Positions 9,357 through 21,985 of a DNA stretch of 64,000 nt are shown here, piece after piece; positions within the stretch are counted from its first letter, which is position 1; every line of letters starts with the position of its first letter. The notes beneath the pieces were generated by a model. That model was not told the DNA's origin. It saw only the letters and a program-made list of their open reading frames with translations, and made no database searches. This stretch comes from Eledone cirrhosa (taxonomy: Eukaryota), in the NCBI GenBank assembly GCA_964016885.1, contig OZ024741.1, forward strand, positions 320,540,001 through 320,604,000, written 5' to 3'. A program made the translations under genes and the position numbers.

Positions 9357-11510
9357 CTACCCCCCCGGGTCATTATGGGGTTTGAGGGCGAGGTAAGTCC
9401 TACGCAATCTATGTTTACATGCAGTAACCAGTTCATCTTTCTTGTTTAGGAGTTGGTCCGTCGAAAACAGCATTTGTAAAGTTTCCTCCGAGCATAAATT
9501 GCACGGACGGCGTCCTCCCGTGTAAGAATTGGCTCTGGACAGTAATCTCCAAGTGAGATCATAGGTGATGTTGTTGTCCTTGAGGTCCCATATGTGGCCC
9601 GAAAGTGTAGTGGCGTGACGCCGGGCCGGGTTTCGGAAGGTATGTCTATGTTGGTATAGCCGGGTCTTGAAGTCACATGCGGTAAGTCCTATATAGGCTT
9701 TGATGGAGGTATCCGTCCTCACGTTGCACTGGTAGATCACATTACGGTCTCTGCATCTATTGTCGAGTGGGCAAATAGATCTATCCGGGCAGTTACACCT
9801 CCTGGTCGGTTCTCCACTGCTAATTAGGTTATTTCTGCCATCGGGGTTGAGTTTTTTGTTGTTAGAGGAGACGATGTTTTGTGCGAAGTTTGGTGTAGTG
9901 CTGTAAGAGAGTTTGATGGTATTTTTGTTAATTATGTTGTGGTAGCGGTGTTGTAATGGGAAGTGTTTTTCAATGAGCCTAAAGAATAGTTTCCCGATGG
10001 GAGTAGTCACCTCTGCGTTGTGGGGAGGATTGAACCATGTTACATTGCGTGAGCGGCGGTGTCTCCTGCTGGTTCCGCTAATGGGAGCTGGACAGTAGGA
10101 TATTTCCTCCCGGAAACCACTCCGCTTGAGGGCCTGGTTGTAATAAGGCGCATGTTCATCGAATATCCGCTCATTAGCTGACAAACGGGATATGCGGGGG
10201 GAGATGTTTTTGACCAGGTTGTTTGTGATGTTCCTAGGATGGTTTGATCGGCGGTGGATGTAGTGCAGATTGTCATTTGGTTTCCTGTATGGGTAGTACA
10301 GGTCGTTTTCGAGGTCGAGGGTTACGTCCAGGAAGTTTACTCGGGTCAGGGACGTTTGTAGGGTTATTTTAAATCCCCAGTCGCGGAAGAATCTGATTAA
10401 TTGTTTCCGGACCCGATCTGTACTACTGGGGTTGTACCCTTTAAGGGTAAGGAGCCCATCATCACGGTACAATCCACCACCGAATGCAGGAAACATATCA
10501 GTGAGTTTGGCTATTAGGAATAATCCTATAAGATCAGTGACCTCCGCCGAATCCGTGGCGCCCATGCTGACGTCGAAGGGTGAGTCGGGAGCTCTTTTTA
10601 TCCATTTAGAGTCGTCAAAGAGTAAGACTGTCTTCCTGGCGTGGAGGATGATTTTTCTTTCCTGGTCGGTGATGGGCACGAGTGTTTCGGCGAAGTCCAA
10701 GGCGGCAGTAAGTAGCGGTAAGGTGATAGAAGCATAGTAGCTCTCTATGTCGAACTGTATGAATTTAGTTTCTCGTTTATCCTCCATATTGCTGAACCAG
10801 GAGATTACTTCCTGGGTGTTGATCCATAGGCTAAGTCGGGTGTGTTGCTTGACTTTTGGTATCACGCGGTCTAGGATTATTTTGCTGATTCTCCCTATGT
10901 CGGACTTCGTTGGGTTAATAAGCCTGATGGAGGGTTTACGGTCAAAATCGGATTTATGGTCCTTCAGTGTGAAGTATGGTGTCCGTGGGTCTAGAGGTTC
11001 CGTGCGGTCGGCGACCCCGAGGCTGGAGGTGATTTGTTGTCCATCTCGATTTATGTCCTCGATACAAGAGTGGTTGGCCTTTTTATAGGTGGAGTTTAGG
11101 CTGCTCCTGATCAGTGTGTGGTATCTGTCAGGGTTGACAAAGTATAGGTTCCCAGTTTTATCCGAATGCACCATGATGTCATTTGTGTTATCATACTCTG
11201 TTAAGTTGCTACGGAGTTTTTGTAGGAATCGGTTGTGTCTGGGTTTAAATTTAATGTTCTTGACCAGTTGGAAGAGGTCATTCTCGAAGGGTGCGAGCAA
11301 GGGGTTCAGGGGCGGAGATTTGTAGGTAATAAATCCGAATCTCTCCTTGGTGCCGAAGTCTTGGTTGTCGCAATATCTGTCATAGAAAAAAGTTCTCCAT
11401 CTAAGTCTTTTCGCAAATAGATCAATTTTTTGCGTGAGCATCCGAAGGTAAAGTTTTTTCGGTGGGATTGGGATGTTCTTGGTAGAGAAGTCAATGTTGT
11501 GTTTTCGCAT
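9357..11510 (-). CDS. Intact PLE polyprotein: reverse transcriptase + Cys-rich linker + GIY-YIG endonuclease (717 aa from first ATG; frame open to 11657)
   Basis: RT motifs FDIESYY, SMGATDSAEVTDLIG, GLYRDDGL, NFLDVTL; CNC-x5-CPL-x3-C linker; VIYQC...YIG GIY-YIG; C-terminal CNLC...CKH. Confidence 0.93.
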   Translation of the reverse strand: MRKHNIDFSTKNIPIPPKKLYLRMLTQKIDLFAKRLRWRTFFYDRYCDNQDFGTKERFGFITYKSPPLNPLLAPFENDLFQLVKNIKFKPRHNRFLQKLRSNLTEYDNTNDIMVHSDKTGNLYFVNPDRYHTLIRSSLNSTYKKANHSCIEDINRDGQQITSSLGVADRTEPLDPRTPYFTLKDHKSDFDRKPSIRLINPTKSDIGRISKIILDRVIPKVKQHTRLSLWINTQEVISWFSNMEDKRETKFIQFDIESYYASITLPLLTAALDFAETLVPITDQERKIILHARKTVLLFDDSKWIKRAPDSPFDVSMGATDSAEVTDLIGLFLIAKLTDMFPAFGGGLYRDDGLLTLKGYNPSSTDRVRKQLIRFFRDWGFKITLQTSLTRVNFLDVTLDLENDLYYPYRKPNDNLHYIHRRSNHPRNITNNLVKNISPRISRLSANERIFDEHAPYYNQALKRSGFREEISYCPAPISGTSRRHRRSRNVTWFNPPHNAEVTTPIGKLFFRLIEKHFPLQHRYHNIINKNTIKLSYSTTPNFAQNIVSSNNKKLNPDGRNNLISSGEPTRRCNCPDRSICPLDNRCRDRNVIYQCNVRTDTSIKAYIGLTACDFKTRLYQHRHTFRNPARRHATTLSGHIWDLKDNNITYDLTWRLLSRANSYTGGRRPCNLCSEETLQMLFSTDQLLNKKDELVTACKHRLRRTYLALKPHNDPGG

Positions 11511-11695
11511 GGTGCGGGTGAAATGAATTGAGCTTAGCGGAAAAGTCTGGATGCGGCGTGGTAGGGTCGGAAAGTGCTCTACTACGGGAGTAGGAGCTAG
11601 ATAACGAAGGAAATGTGGTAAGGAACCAGGTGGACCATAACGCACCAAAGTACTCAATACTTGAGGTAGTAGAGTGGGTAATAGGAACCAGTAAG

Positions 11696-11789
11696 ACCCC
11701 GACAGCTGAGCTCAAGCCGTTTCGACGGCTAATTCTGGACTAAATGAAAATTTATCCTGGTATTTAAATAGCCGATCTTCTCAAGGGGT
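11696..11789 (-). ncRNA. Hammerhead ribozyme U3-A8 variant (copy 2)
   Basis: Same sequence as 8150-8243. Confidence 0.8.
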
Positions 11790-12900
11790 AATTCCATATA
11801 TGGTCAAAGTGATTGTCAAAAATCAGTAGTAATTCTGTGGTTGCAAATTAGTAGGGGAGATGGTGGCTAAACCTGCCAGTAGGAGAAAGAGGGGAGGGGG
11901 TGGAGTAGACCCAATCAAGCGTTGGTAGTACCAGCTACAGCTGGGCATGAGGTCAAAGAAGATACAGGGGAGGGGGAGGGGGTGGAAGTCGGAACGGTAG
12001 GTAGAACAATGGGGGGTACAAATAGGAAAGAAAAAAAAAAAAAATACTGAGAGTGAAGAAAGGCAAATAAGTGTAAAGAAAAGTAAAGTAAATTAAATTC
12101 TACGACCTAGGTGTCAGGCTATTGTTAGGCGAGAATAAAATAAAGAAAGAAAGAAAGAAGTAAAAAAATAAATAAATGAATAAATAAGGAAATAAGTAAG
12201 AGAACTAGGTGGGACGGTTAAGGCAAGGACCCTTTTAAGAGGTATAAGTACGTAAATGATACGGTGACGGGTCAACAAAAGGGGCCAAAATACTAAAGAG
12301 ACTACCACGAAATAAACAATAAAGGTTTCCATCCCGGGCCAGCAACGACCCAGTGCAGCAAAGTGAACTTGTACGAGATAATAATTCTGAGTCCCGAGAA
12401 AAATATATACTAATGCTAACTCTAAAAGATCTAAAACAAGCTACATGAAAGTTCGTACGAAATAAAGGTAGAATACGGAGAAATAAATTCAGAATCCACC
12501 CCGCCCAGAAGAAAAGCGAAGCAAGAAATACTGAAACGAAAAAATAAGGCATGTGCCACTAAGAAATATAGAGGGCACAGAGAATAGTGGGAGCGGTCGG
12601 AAAAAGGGGGAAAGTATCCGGGGTCTAAGCCAGCTGCTATAAAGGGCGGAGTCCGCCAAATCTATCAAAGACTAGGGGAGGGGGGGTGGGGGTACTAAGG
12701 CTACATGGGGCCAAAGGGCAGCCTCGGGTGGGCGAGAAAAGACGCCGACAAAGGAGAAGAGCTGGGGTAGAAGGACAAAGGGGAGAGGGGGGAAGGAAAT
12801 AAAGGAAGCGATAAAAGAATACAAAGAAGATCTTACGTCTTCCTTGGCAAGCAGGGGTTACCTATTGCAAAATCGGCAACTGGGGTGTTATAGCCCTAGT

Positions 12901-15054
12901 CTACCCCCCCGGGTCATTATGGGGTTTGAGGGCGAGGTAAGTCCTACGCAATCTATGTTTACATGCAGTAACCAGTTCATCTTTCTTGTTTAGGAGTTGG
13001 TCCGTCGAAAACAGCATTTGTAAAGTTTCCTCCGAGCATAAATTGCACGGACGGCGTCCTCCCGTGTAAGAATTGGCTCTGGACAGTAATCTCCAAGTGA
13101 GATCATAGGTGATGTTGTTGTCCTTGAGGTCCCATATGTGGCCCGAAAGTGTAGTGGCGTGACGCCGGGCCGGGTTTCGGAAGGTATGTCTATGTTGGTA
13201 TAGCCGGGTCTTGAAGTCACATGCGGTAAGTCCTATATAGGCTTTGTTGGAGGTATCCGTCCTCACGTTGCACTGGTAGATCACATTACGGTCTCTGCAT
13301 CTATTGTCGAGTGGGCAAATAGATCTATCCGGGCAGTTACACCTCCTGGTCGGTTCTCCACTGCTAATTAGGTTATTTCTGCCATCGGGGTTGAGTTTTT
13401 TGTTGTTAGAGGAGACGATGTTTTGTGCGAAGTTTGGTGTAGTGCTGTAAGAGAGTTTGATGGTATTTTTGTTAATTATGTTGTGGTAGCGGTGTTGTAA
13501 TGGGAAGTGTTTTTCAATGAGCCTAAAGAATAGTTTCCCGATGGGAGTAGTCACCTATGCGTTGTGGGGAGGATTGAACCATGTTACATTGCGTGAGCGG
13601 CGGTGTCTCCTGCTGGTTCCGCTAATGGGAGCTGGACAGTAGGATATTTCCTCCCGGAAACCACTCCGCTTGAGGGCCTGGTTGTAATAAGGCGCATGTT
13701 CATCGAATATCCGCTCATTAGCTGACAAACGGGATATGCGGGGGGAGATGTTTTTGACCAGGTTGTTTGTGATGTTCCTAGGATGGTTTGATCGGCGGTG
13801 GATGTAGTGCAGATTGTCATTTGGTTTCCTGTATGGGTAGTACAGGTCGTTTTCGAGGTCGAGGGTTACGTCCAGGAAGTTTACTCGGGTCAGGGACGTT
13901 TGTAGGGTTATTTTAAATCCCCAGTCGCGGAAGAATCTGATTAATTGTTTCCGGACCCGATCTGTACTACTGGGGTTGTACCCTTTAAGGGTAAGGAGCC
14001 CATCATCACGGTACAATCCACCACCGAATGCAGGAAACATATCAGTGAGTTTGGCTATTAGGAATAATCCTATAAGATCAGTGACCTCCGCCGAATCCGT
14101 GGCGCCCATGCTGACGTCGAAGGGTGAGTCGGGAGCTCTTTTTATCCATTTAGAGTCGTCAAAGAGTAAGACTGTCTTCCTGGCGTGGAGGATGATTTTT
14201 CTTTCCTGGTCGGTGATGGGCACGAGTGTTTCGGCGAAGTCCAAGGCGGCAGTAAGTAGCGGTAAGGTGATAGAAGCATAGTAGCTCTCTATGTCGAACT
14301 GTATGAATTTAGTTTCTCGTTTATCCTCCATATTGCTGAACCAGGAGATTACTTCCTGGGTGTTGATCCATAGGCTAAGTCGGGTGTGTTGCTTGACTTT
14401 TGGTATCACGCGGTCTAGGATTATTTTGCTGATTCTCCCTATGTCGGACTTCGTTGGGTTAATAAGCCTGATGGAGGGTTTACGGTCAAAATCGGATTTA
14501 TGGTCCTTCAGTGTGAAGTATGGTGTCCGTGGGTCTAGAGGTTCCGTGCGGTCGGCGACCCCGAGGCTGGAGGTGATTTGTTGTCCATCTCGATTTATGT
14601 CCTCGATACAAGAGTGGTTGGCCTTTTTATAGGTGGAGTTTAGGCTGCTCCTGATCAGTGTGTGGTATCTGTCAGGGTTGACAAAGTATAGGTTCCCAGT
14701 TTTATCCGAATGCACCATGATGTCATTTGTGTTATCATACTCTGTTAAGTTGCTACGGAGTTTTTGTAGGAATCGGTTGTGTCTGGGTTTAAATTTAATG
14801 TTCTTGACCAGTTGGAAGAGGTCATTCTCGAAGGGTGCGAGCAAGGGGTTCAGGGGCGGAGATTTGTAGGTAATAAATCCGAATCTCTCCTTGGTGCCGA
14901 AGTCTTGGTTGTCGCAATATCTGTCATAGAAAAAAGTTCTCCATCTAAGTCTTTTCGCAAATAGATCAATTTTTTGCGTGAGCATCCGAAGGTAAAGTTT
15001 TTTCGGTGGGATTGGGATGTTCTTGGTAGAGAAGTCAATGTTGTGTTTTCGCAT
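12901..15054 (-). pseudogene. PLE ORF copy 2 with nonsense codon
   Basis: Matches copy 1 except GAG>TAG at 13555-13557 and TSIK>TSNK. Confidence 0.9.
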
Positions 15055-15239
15055 GGTGCGGGTGAAATGAATTGAGCTTAGCGGAAAAGTCTGGATGCGG
15101 CGTGGTAGGGTCGGAAAGTGCTCTACTACGGGAGTAGGAGCTAGATAACGAAGGAAATGTGGTAAGGAACCAGGTGGACCATAACGCACCAAAGTACTCA
15201 ATACTTGAGGTAGTAGAGTGGGTAATAGGAACCAGTAAG

Positions 15240-15333
15240 ACCCCGACAGCTGAGCTCAAGCCGTTTCGACGGCTAATTCTGGACTAAATGAAAATTTATC
15301 CTGGTATTTAAATAGCCGATCTTCTCAAGGGGT
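15240..15333 (-). ncRNA. Hammerhead ribozyme U3-A8 variant (copy 3)
   Basis: Same sequence as 8150-8243. Confidence 0.8.
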
Positions 15334-16444
15334 AATTCCATATATGGTCAAAGTGATTGTCAAAAATCAGTAGTAATTCTGTGGTTGCAAATTAGTAGGG
15401 GAGATGGTGGCTAAACCTGCCAGTAGGAGAAAGAGGGGAGGGGGTGGAGTAGACCCAATCAAGCGTTGGTAGTACCAGCTACAGCTGGGCATGAGGTCAA
15501 AGAAGATACAGGGGAGGGGGAGGGGGTGGAAGTCGGAACGGTAGGTAGAACAATGGGGGGTACAAATAGGAAAGAAAAAAAAAAAAAATACTGAGAGTGA
15601 AGAAAGGCAAATAAGTGTAAAGAAAAGTAAAGTAAATTAAATTCTACGACCTAGGTGTCAGGCTATTGTTAGGCGAGAATAAAATAAAGAAAGAAAGAAA
15701 GAAGTAAAAAAATAAATAAATGAATAAATAAGGAAATAAGTAAGAGAACTAGGTGGGACGGTTAAGGCAAGGACCCTTTTAAGAGGTATAAGTACGTAAA
15801 TGATACGGTGACGGGTCAACAAAAGGGGCCAAAATACTAAAGAGACTACCACGAAATAAACAATAAAGGTTTCCATCCCGGGCCAGCAACGACCCAGTGC
15901 AGCAAAGTGAACTTGTACGAGATAATAATTCTGAGTCCCGAGAAAAATATATACTAATGCTAACTCTAAAAGATCTAAAACAAGCTACATGAAAGTTCGT
16001 ACGAAATAAAGGTAGAATACGGAGAAATAAATTCAGAATCCACCCCGCCCAGAAGAAAAGCGAAGCAAGAAATACTGAAACGAAAAAATAAGGCATGTGC
16101 CACTAAGAAATATAGAGGGCACAGAGAATAGTGGGAGCGGTCGGAAAAAGGGGGAAAGTATCCGGGGTCTAAGCCAGCTGCTATAAAGGGCGGAGTCCGC
16201 CAAATCTATCAAAGACTAGGGGAGGGGGGGTGGGGGTACTAAGGCTACATGGGGCCAAAGGGCAGCCTCGGGTGGGCGAGAAAAGACGCCGACAAAGGAG
16301 AAGAGCTGGGGTAGAAGGACAAAGGGGAGAGGGGGGAAGGAAATAAAGGAAGCGATAAAAGAATACAAAGAAGATCTTACGTCTTCCTTGGCAAGCAGGG
16401 GTTACCTATTGCAAAATCGGCAACTGGGGTGTTATAGCCCTAGT

Positions 16445-18598
16445 CTACCCCCCCGGGTCATTATGGGGTTTGAGGGCGAGGTAAGTCCTACGCAATCTAT
16501 GTTTACATGCAGTAACCAGTTCATCTTTCTTGTTTAGGAGTTGGTCCGTCGAAAACAGCATTTGTAAAGTTTCCTCCGAGCATAAATTGCACGGACGGCG
16601 TCCTCCCGTGTAAGAATTGGCTCTGGACAGTAATCTCCAAGTGAGATCATAGGTGATGTTGTTGTCCTTGAGGTCCCATATGTGGCCCGAAAGTGTAGTG
16701 GCGTGACGCCGGGCCGGGTTTCGGAAGGTATGTCTATGTTGGTATAGCCGGGTCTTGAAGTCACATGCGGTAAGTCCTATATAGGCTTTGTTGGAGGTAT
16801 CCGTCCTCACGTTGCACTGGTAGATCACATTACGGTCTCTGCATCTATTGTCGAGTGGGCAAATAGATCTATCCGGGCAGTTACACCTCCTGGTCGGTTC
16901 TCCACTGCTAATTAGGTTATTTCTGCCATCGGGGTTGAGTTTTTTGTTGTTAGAGGAGACGATGTTTTGTGCGAAGTTTGGTGTAGTGCTGTAAGAGAGT
17001 TTGATGGTATTTTTGTTAATTATGTTGTGGTAGCGGTGTTGTAATGGGAAGTGTTTTTCAATGAGCCTAAAGAATAGTTTCCCGATGGGAGTAGTCACCT
17101 ATGCGTTGTGGGGAGGATTGAACCATGTTACATTGCGTGAGCGGCGGTGTCTCCTGCTGGTTCCGCTAATGGGAGCTGGACAGTAGGATATTTCCTCCCG
17201 GAAACCACTCCGCTTGAGGGCCTGGTTGTAATAAGGCGCATGTTCATCGAATATCCGCTCATTAGCTGACAAACGGGATATGCGGGGGGAGATGTTTTTG
17301 ACCAGGTTGTTTGTGATGTTCCTAGGATGGTTTGATCGGCGGTGGATGTAGTGCAGATTGTCATTTGGTTTCCTGTATGGGTAGTACAGGTCGTTTTCGA
17401 GGTCGAGGGTTACGTCCAGGAAGTTTACTCGGGTCAGGGACGTTTGTAGGGTTATTTTAAATCCCCAGTCGCGGAAGAATCTGATTAATTGTTTCCGGAC
17501 CCGATCTGTACTACTGGGGTTGTACCCTTTAAGGGTAAGGAGCCCATCATCACGGTACAATCCACCACCGAATGCAGGAAACATATCAGTGAGTTTGGCT
17601 ATTAGGAATAATCCTATAAGATCAGTGACCTCCGCCGAATCCGTGGCGCCCATGCTGACGTCGAAGGGTGAGTCGGGAGCTCTTTTTATCCATTTAGAGT
17701 CGTCAAAGAGTAAGACTGTCTTCCTGGCGTGGAGGATGATTTTTCTTTCCTGGTCGGTGATGGGCACGAGTGTTTCGGCGAAGTCCAAGGCGGCAGTAAG
17801 TAGCGGTAAGGTGATAGAAGCATAGTAGCTCTCTATGTCGAACTGTATGAATTTAGTTTCTCGTTTATCCTCCATATTGCTGAACCAGGAGATTACTTCC
17901 TGGGTGTTGATCCATAGGCTAAGTCGGGTGTGTTGCTTGACTTTTGGTATCACGCGGTCTAGGATTATTTTGCTGATTCTCCCTATGTCGGACTTCGTTG
18001 GGTTAATAAGCCTGATGGAGGGTTTACGGTCAAAATCGGATTTATGGTCCTTCAGTGTGAAGTATGGTGTCCGTGGGTCTAGAGGTTCCGTGCGGTCGGC
18101 GACCCCGAGGCTGGAGGTGATTTGTTGTCCATCTCGATTTATGTCCTCGATACAAGAGTGGTTGGCCTTTTTATAGGTGGAGTTTAGGCTGCTCCTGATC
18201 AGTGTGTGGTATCTGTCAGGGTTGACAAAGTATAGGTTCCCAGTTTTATCCGAATGCACCATGATGTCATTTGTGTTATCATACTCTGTTAAGTTGCTAC
18301 GGAGTTTTTGTAGGAATCGGTTGTGTCTGGGTTTAAATTTAATGTTCTTGACCAGTTGGAAGAGGTCATTCTCGAAGGGTGCGAGCAAGGGGTTCAGGGG
18401 CGGAGATTTGTAGGTAATAAATCCGAATCTCTCCTTGGTGCCGAAGTCTTGGTTGTCGCAATATCTGTCATAGAAAAAAGTTCTCCATCTAAGTCTTTTC
18501 GCAAATAGATCAATTTTTTGCGTGAGCATCCGAAGGTAAAGTTTTTTCGGTGGGATTGGGATGTTCTTGGTAGAGAAGTCAATGTTGTGTTTTCGCAT
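16445..18598 (-). pseudogene. PLE ORF copy 3 with the same nonsense codon
   Basis: TAG at 17099-17101, same codon as copy 2. Confidence 0.9.
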
Positions 18599-18783
18599 GG
18601 TGCGGGTGAAATGAATTGAGCTTAGCGGAAAAGTCTGGATGCGGCGTGGTAGGGTCGGAAAGTGCTCTACTACGGGAGTAGGAGCTAGATAACGAAGGAA
18701 ATGTGGTAAGGAACCAGGTGGACCATAACGCACCAAAGTACTCAATACTTGAGGTAGTAGAGTGGGTAATAGGAACCAGTAAG

Positions 18784-18877
18784 ACCCCGACAGCTGAGCT
18801 CAAGCCGTTTCGACGGCTAATTCTGGACTAAATGAAAATTTATCCTGGTATTTAAATAGCCGATCTTCTCAAGGGGT
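18784..18877 (-). ncRNA. Hammerhead ribozyme U3-A8 variant (copy 4)
   Basis: Same sequence as 8150-8243. Confidence 0.8.
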
Positions 18878-19988
18878 AATTCCATATATGGTCAAAGTGA
18901 TTGTCAAAAATCAGTAGTAATTCTGTGGTTGCAAATTAGTAGGGGAGATGGTGGCTAAACCTGCCAGTAGGAGAAAGAGGGGAGGGGGTGGAGTAGACCC
19001 AATCAAGCGTTGGTAGTACCAGCTACAGCTGGGCATGAGGTCAAAGAAGATACAGGGGAGGGGGAGGGGGTGGAAGTCGGAACGGTAGGTAGAACAATGG
19101 GGGGTACAAATAGGAAAGAAAAAAAAAAAAAATACTGAGAGTGAAGAAAGGCAAATAAGTGTAAAGAAAAGTAAAGTAAATTAAATTCTACGACCTAGGT
19201 GTCAGGCTATTGTTAGGCGAGAATAAAATAAAGAAAGAAAGAAAGAAGTAAAAAAATAAATAAATGAATAAATAAGGAAATAAGTAAGAGAACTAGGTGG
19301 GACGGTTAAGGCAAGGACCCTTTTAAGAGGTATAAGTACGTAAATGATACGGTGACGGGTCAACAAAAGGGGCCAAAATACTAAAGAGACTACCACGAAA
19401 TAAACAATAAAGGTTTCCATCCCGGGCCAGCAACGACCCAGTGCAGCAAAGTGAACTTGTACGAGATAATAATTCTGAGTCCCGAGAAAAATATATACTA
19501 ATGCTAACTCTAAAAGATCTAAAACAAGCTACATGAAAGTTCGTACGAAATAAAGGTAGAATACGGAGAAATAAATTCAGAATCCACCCCGCCCAGAAGA
19601 AAAGCGAAGCAAGAAATACTGAAACGAAAAAATAAGGCATGTGCCACTAAGAAATATAGAGGGCACAGAGAATAGTGGGAGCGGTCGGAAAAAGGGGGAA
19701 AGTATCCGGGGTCTAAGCCAGCTGCTATAAAGGGCGGAGTCCGCCAAATCTATCAAAGACTAGGGGAGGGGGGGTGGGGGTACTAAGGCTACATGGGGCC
19801 AAAGGGCAGCCTCGGGTGGGCGAGAAAAGACGCCGACAAAGGAGAAGAGCTGGGGTAGAAGGACAAAGGGGAGAGGGGGGAAGGAAATAAAGGAAGCGAT
19901 AAAAGAATACAAAGAAGATCTTACGTCTTCCTTGGCAAGCAGGGGTTACCTATTGCAAAATCGGCAACTGGGGTGTTATAGCCCTAGT

Positions 19989-20555
19989 CTACCCCCCCGG
20001 GTCATTATGGGGTTTGAGGGCGAGGTAAGTCCTACGCAATCTATGTTTACATGCAGTAACCAGTTCATCTTTCTTGTTTAGGAGTTGGTCCGTCGAAAAC
20101 AGCATTTGTAAAGTTTCCTCCGAGCATAAATTGCACGGACGGCGTCCTCCCGTGTAAGAATTGGCTCTGGACAGTAATCTCCAAGTGAGATCATAGGTGA
20201 TGTTGTTGTCCTTGAGGTCCCATATGTGGCCCGAAAGTGTAGTGGCGTGACGCCGGGCCGGGTTTCGGAAGGTATGTCTATGTTGGTATAGCCGGGTCTT
20301 GAAGTCACATGCGGTAAGTCCTATATAGGCTTTGTTGGAGGTATCCGTCCTCACGTTGCACTGGTAGATCACATTACGGTCTCTGCATCTATTGTCGAGT
20401 GGGCAAATAGATCTATCCGGGCAGTTACACCTCCTGGTCGGTTCTCCACTGCTAATTAGGTTATTTCTGCCATCGGGGTTGAGTTTTTTGTTGTTAGAGG
20501 AGACGATGTTTTGTGCGAAGTTTGGTGTAGTGCTGTAAGAGAGTTTGATGGTATT
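19989..20555 (-). pseudogene. PLE ORF copy 4, 5'-truncated (linker and endonuclease part only)
   Basis: Homology stops at 20555; 5 nt filler AGTTA, then the inverted arm. Confidence 0.9.
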
Positions 20556-20560
20556 AGTTA

Positions 20561-21985
20561 ATCACCTATGATCTCACTTGGAGATTACTGTCCAGAGCCA
20601 ATTCTTACACGGGAGGACGCCGTCCGTGCAATTTATGCTCGGAGGAAACTTTACAAATGCTGTTTTCGACGGACCAACTCCTAAACAAGAAAGATGAACT
20701 GGTTACTGCATGTAAACATAGATTGCGTAGGACTTACCTCGCCCTCAAACCCCATAATGACCCGGGGGGGTAGACTAGGGCTATAACACCCCAGTTGCTG
20801 ATTTTGCAGTAGGTAACCCCTGCTTGCCAAGGAAGACGTAAGATCTTCTTTGTATTCTTTTATCGCTTCCTTTATTTCCTTCCCCCCTCTCCCCTTTGTC
20901 CTTCTACCCCAGCTCTTCTCCTTTGTCGGCGTCTTTTCTCGCCCACCCGAGGCTGCCCTTTGGCCCCATGTAGCCTTAGTACCCTCACCCCCCCTCCCCT
21001 AGTCTTTGATAGATTTGGCGGACTCCGCCCTTTATAGCAGCTGGCTTAGACCCTGGATACTTTCCCCCTTTTTCCGACCGCTCCCACTATTCTCTGTGCC
21101 CTCTATATTTCTTAGTGGCACATGCCTTATTTTTTCGTTTCAGTATTTCTTGCTTCGCTTTTCTTCTGGGCGGGGTGGATTCTGAATTTATTTCTCCGTA
21201 TTCTACCTTTATTTCGTACGAACTTTCATGTAGCTTGTTTTAGATCTTTTAGAGTTAGCATTAGTATATATTTTTCTCGGGACTCAGAATTATTATCTCG
21301 TACAAGTTCACTTTGCTGCACTGGGTCGTTGCTGGCCCGGGATGGAAACCTTTATTGTTTATTTCGTGGTAGTCTCTTTAGTATTTTGGCCCCTTTTGTT
21401 GACCCGTCACCGTATCATTTACGTACTTATACCTCTTAAAAGGGTCCTTGCCTTAACCGTCCCACCTAGTTCTCTTACTTATTTCCTTATTTATTCATTT
21501 ATTTATTTTTTTACTTCTTTCTTTCTTTCTTTATTTTATTCTCGCCTAACAATAGCCTGACACCTAGGTCGTAGAATTTAATTTACTTTACTTTTCTTTA
21601 CACTTATTTGCCTTTCTTCACTCTCAGTATTTTTTTTTTTTCTTTCCTATTTCTACCCCCCATTGTTCTACCTACCGTTCCGACTTCCTCCCCCTCCCCC
21701 TCCCCTGTATCTTCTTTGACCTCATGCCCAGCTGTAGCTGGCACTACCAACGCTTGATTGGGTCTACTCCACCCCTCCCCTCTTTCTCCTACTGGCAGGT
21801 TTAGCCACCATCTCCCCTACTAATTTGCAACCACAGAATTACAACTGATTTTTGACAATCACTTTGACCATATATGGAATTACCCCTTGAGAAGATCGGC
21901 TATTTAAATACCAGGATAAATTTTCATTTAGTCCAGAATTAGCCGTCGAAACGGCTTGAGCTCAGCTGCCGGGGTCTTACTGGTT

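Noticed and set aside
10432-11420. Antisense ORFs inside the PLE RT
   Set aside because: Shadow frames of the real ORF, with no independent evidence.
13555-13557. Selenocysteine recoding as in some Naiad PLEs
   Set aside because: The codon is TAG replacing Glu, not TGA at a Cys position, and copy 1 has no internal stop.
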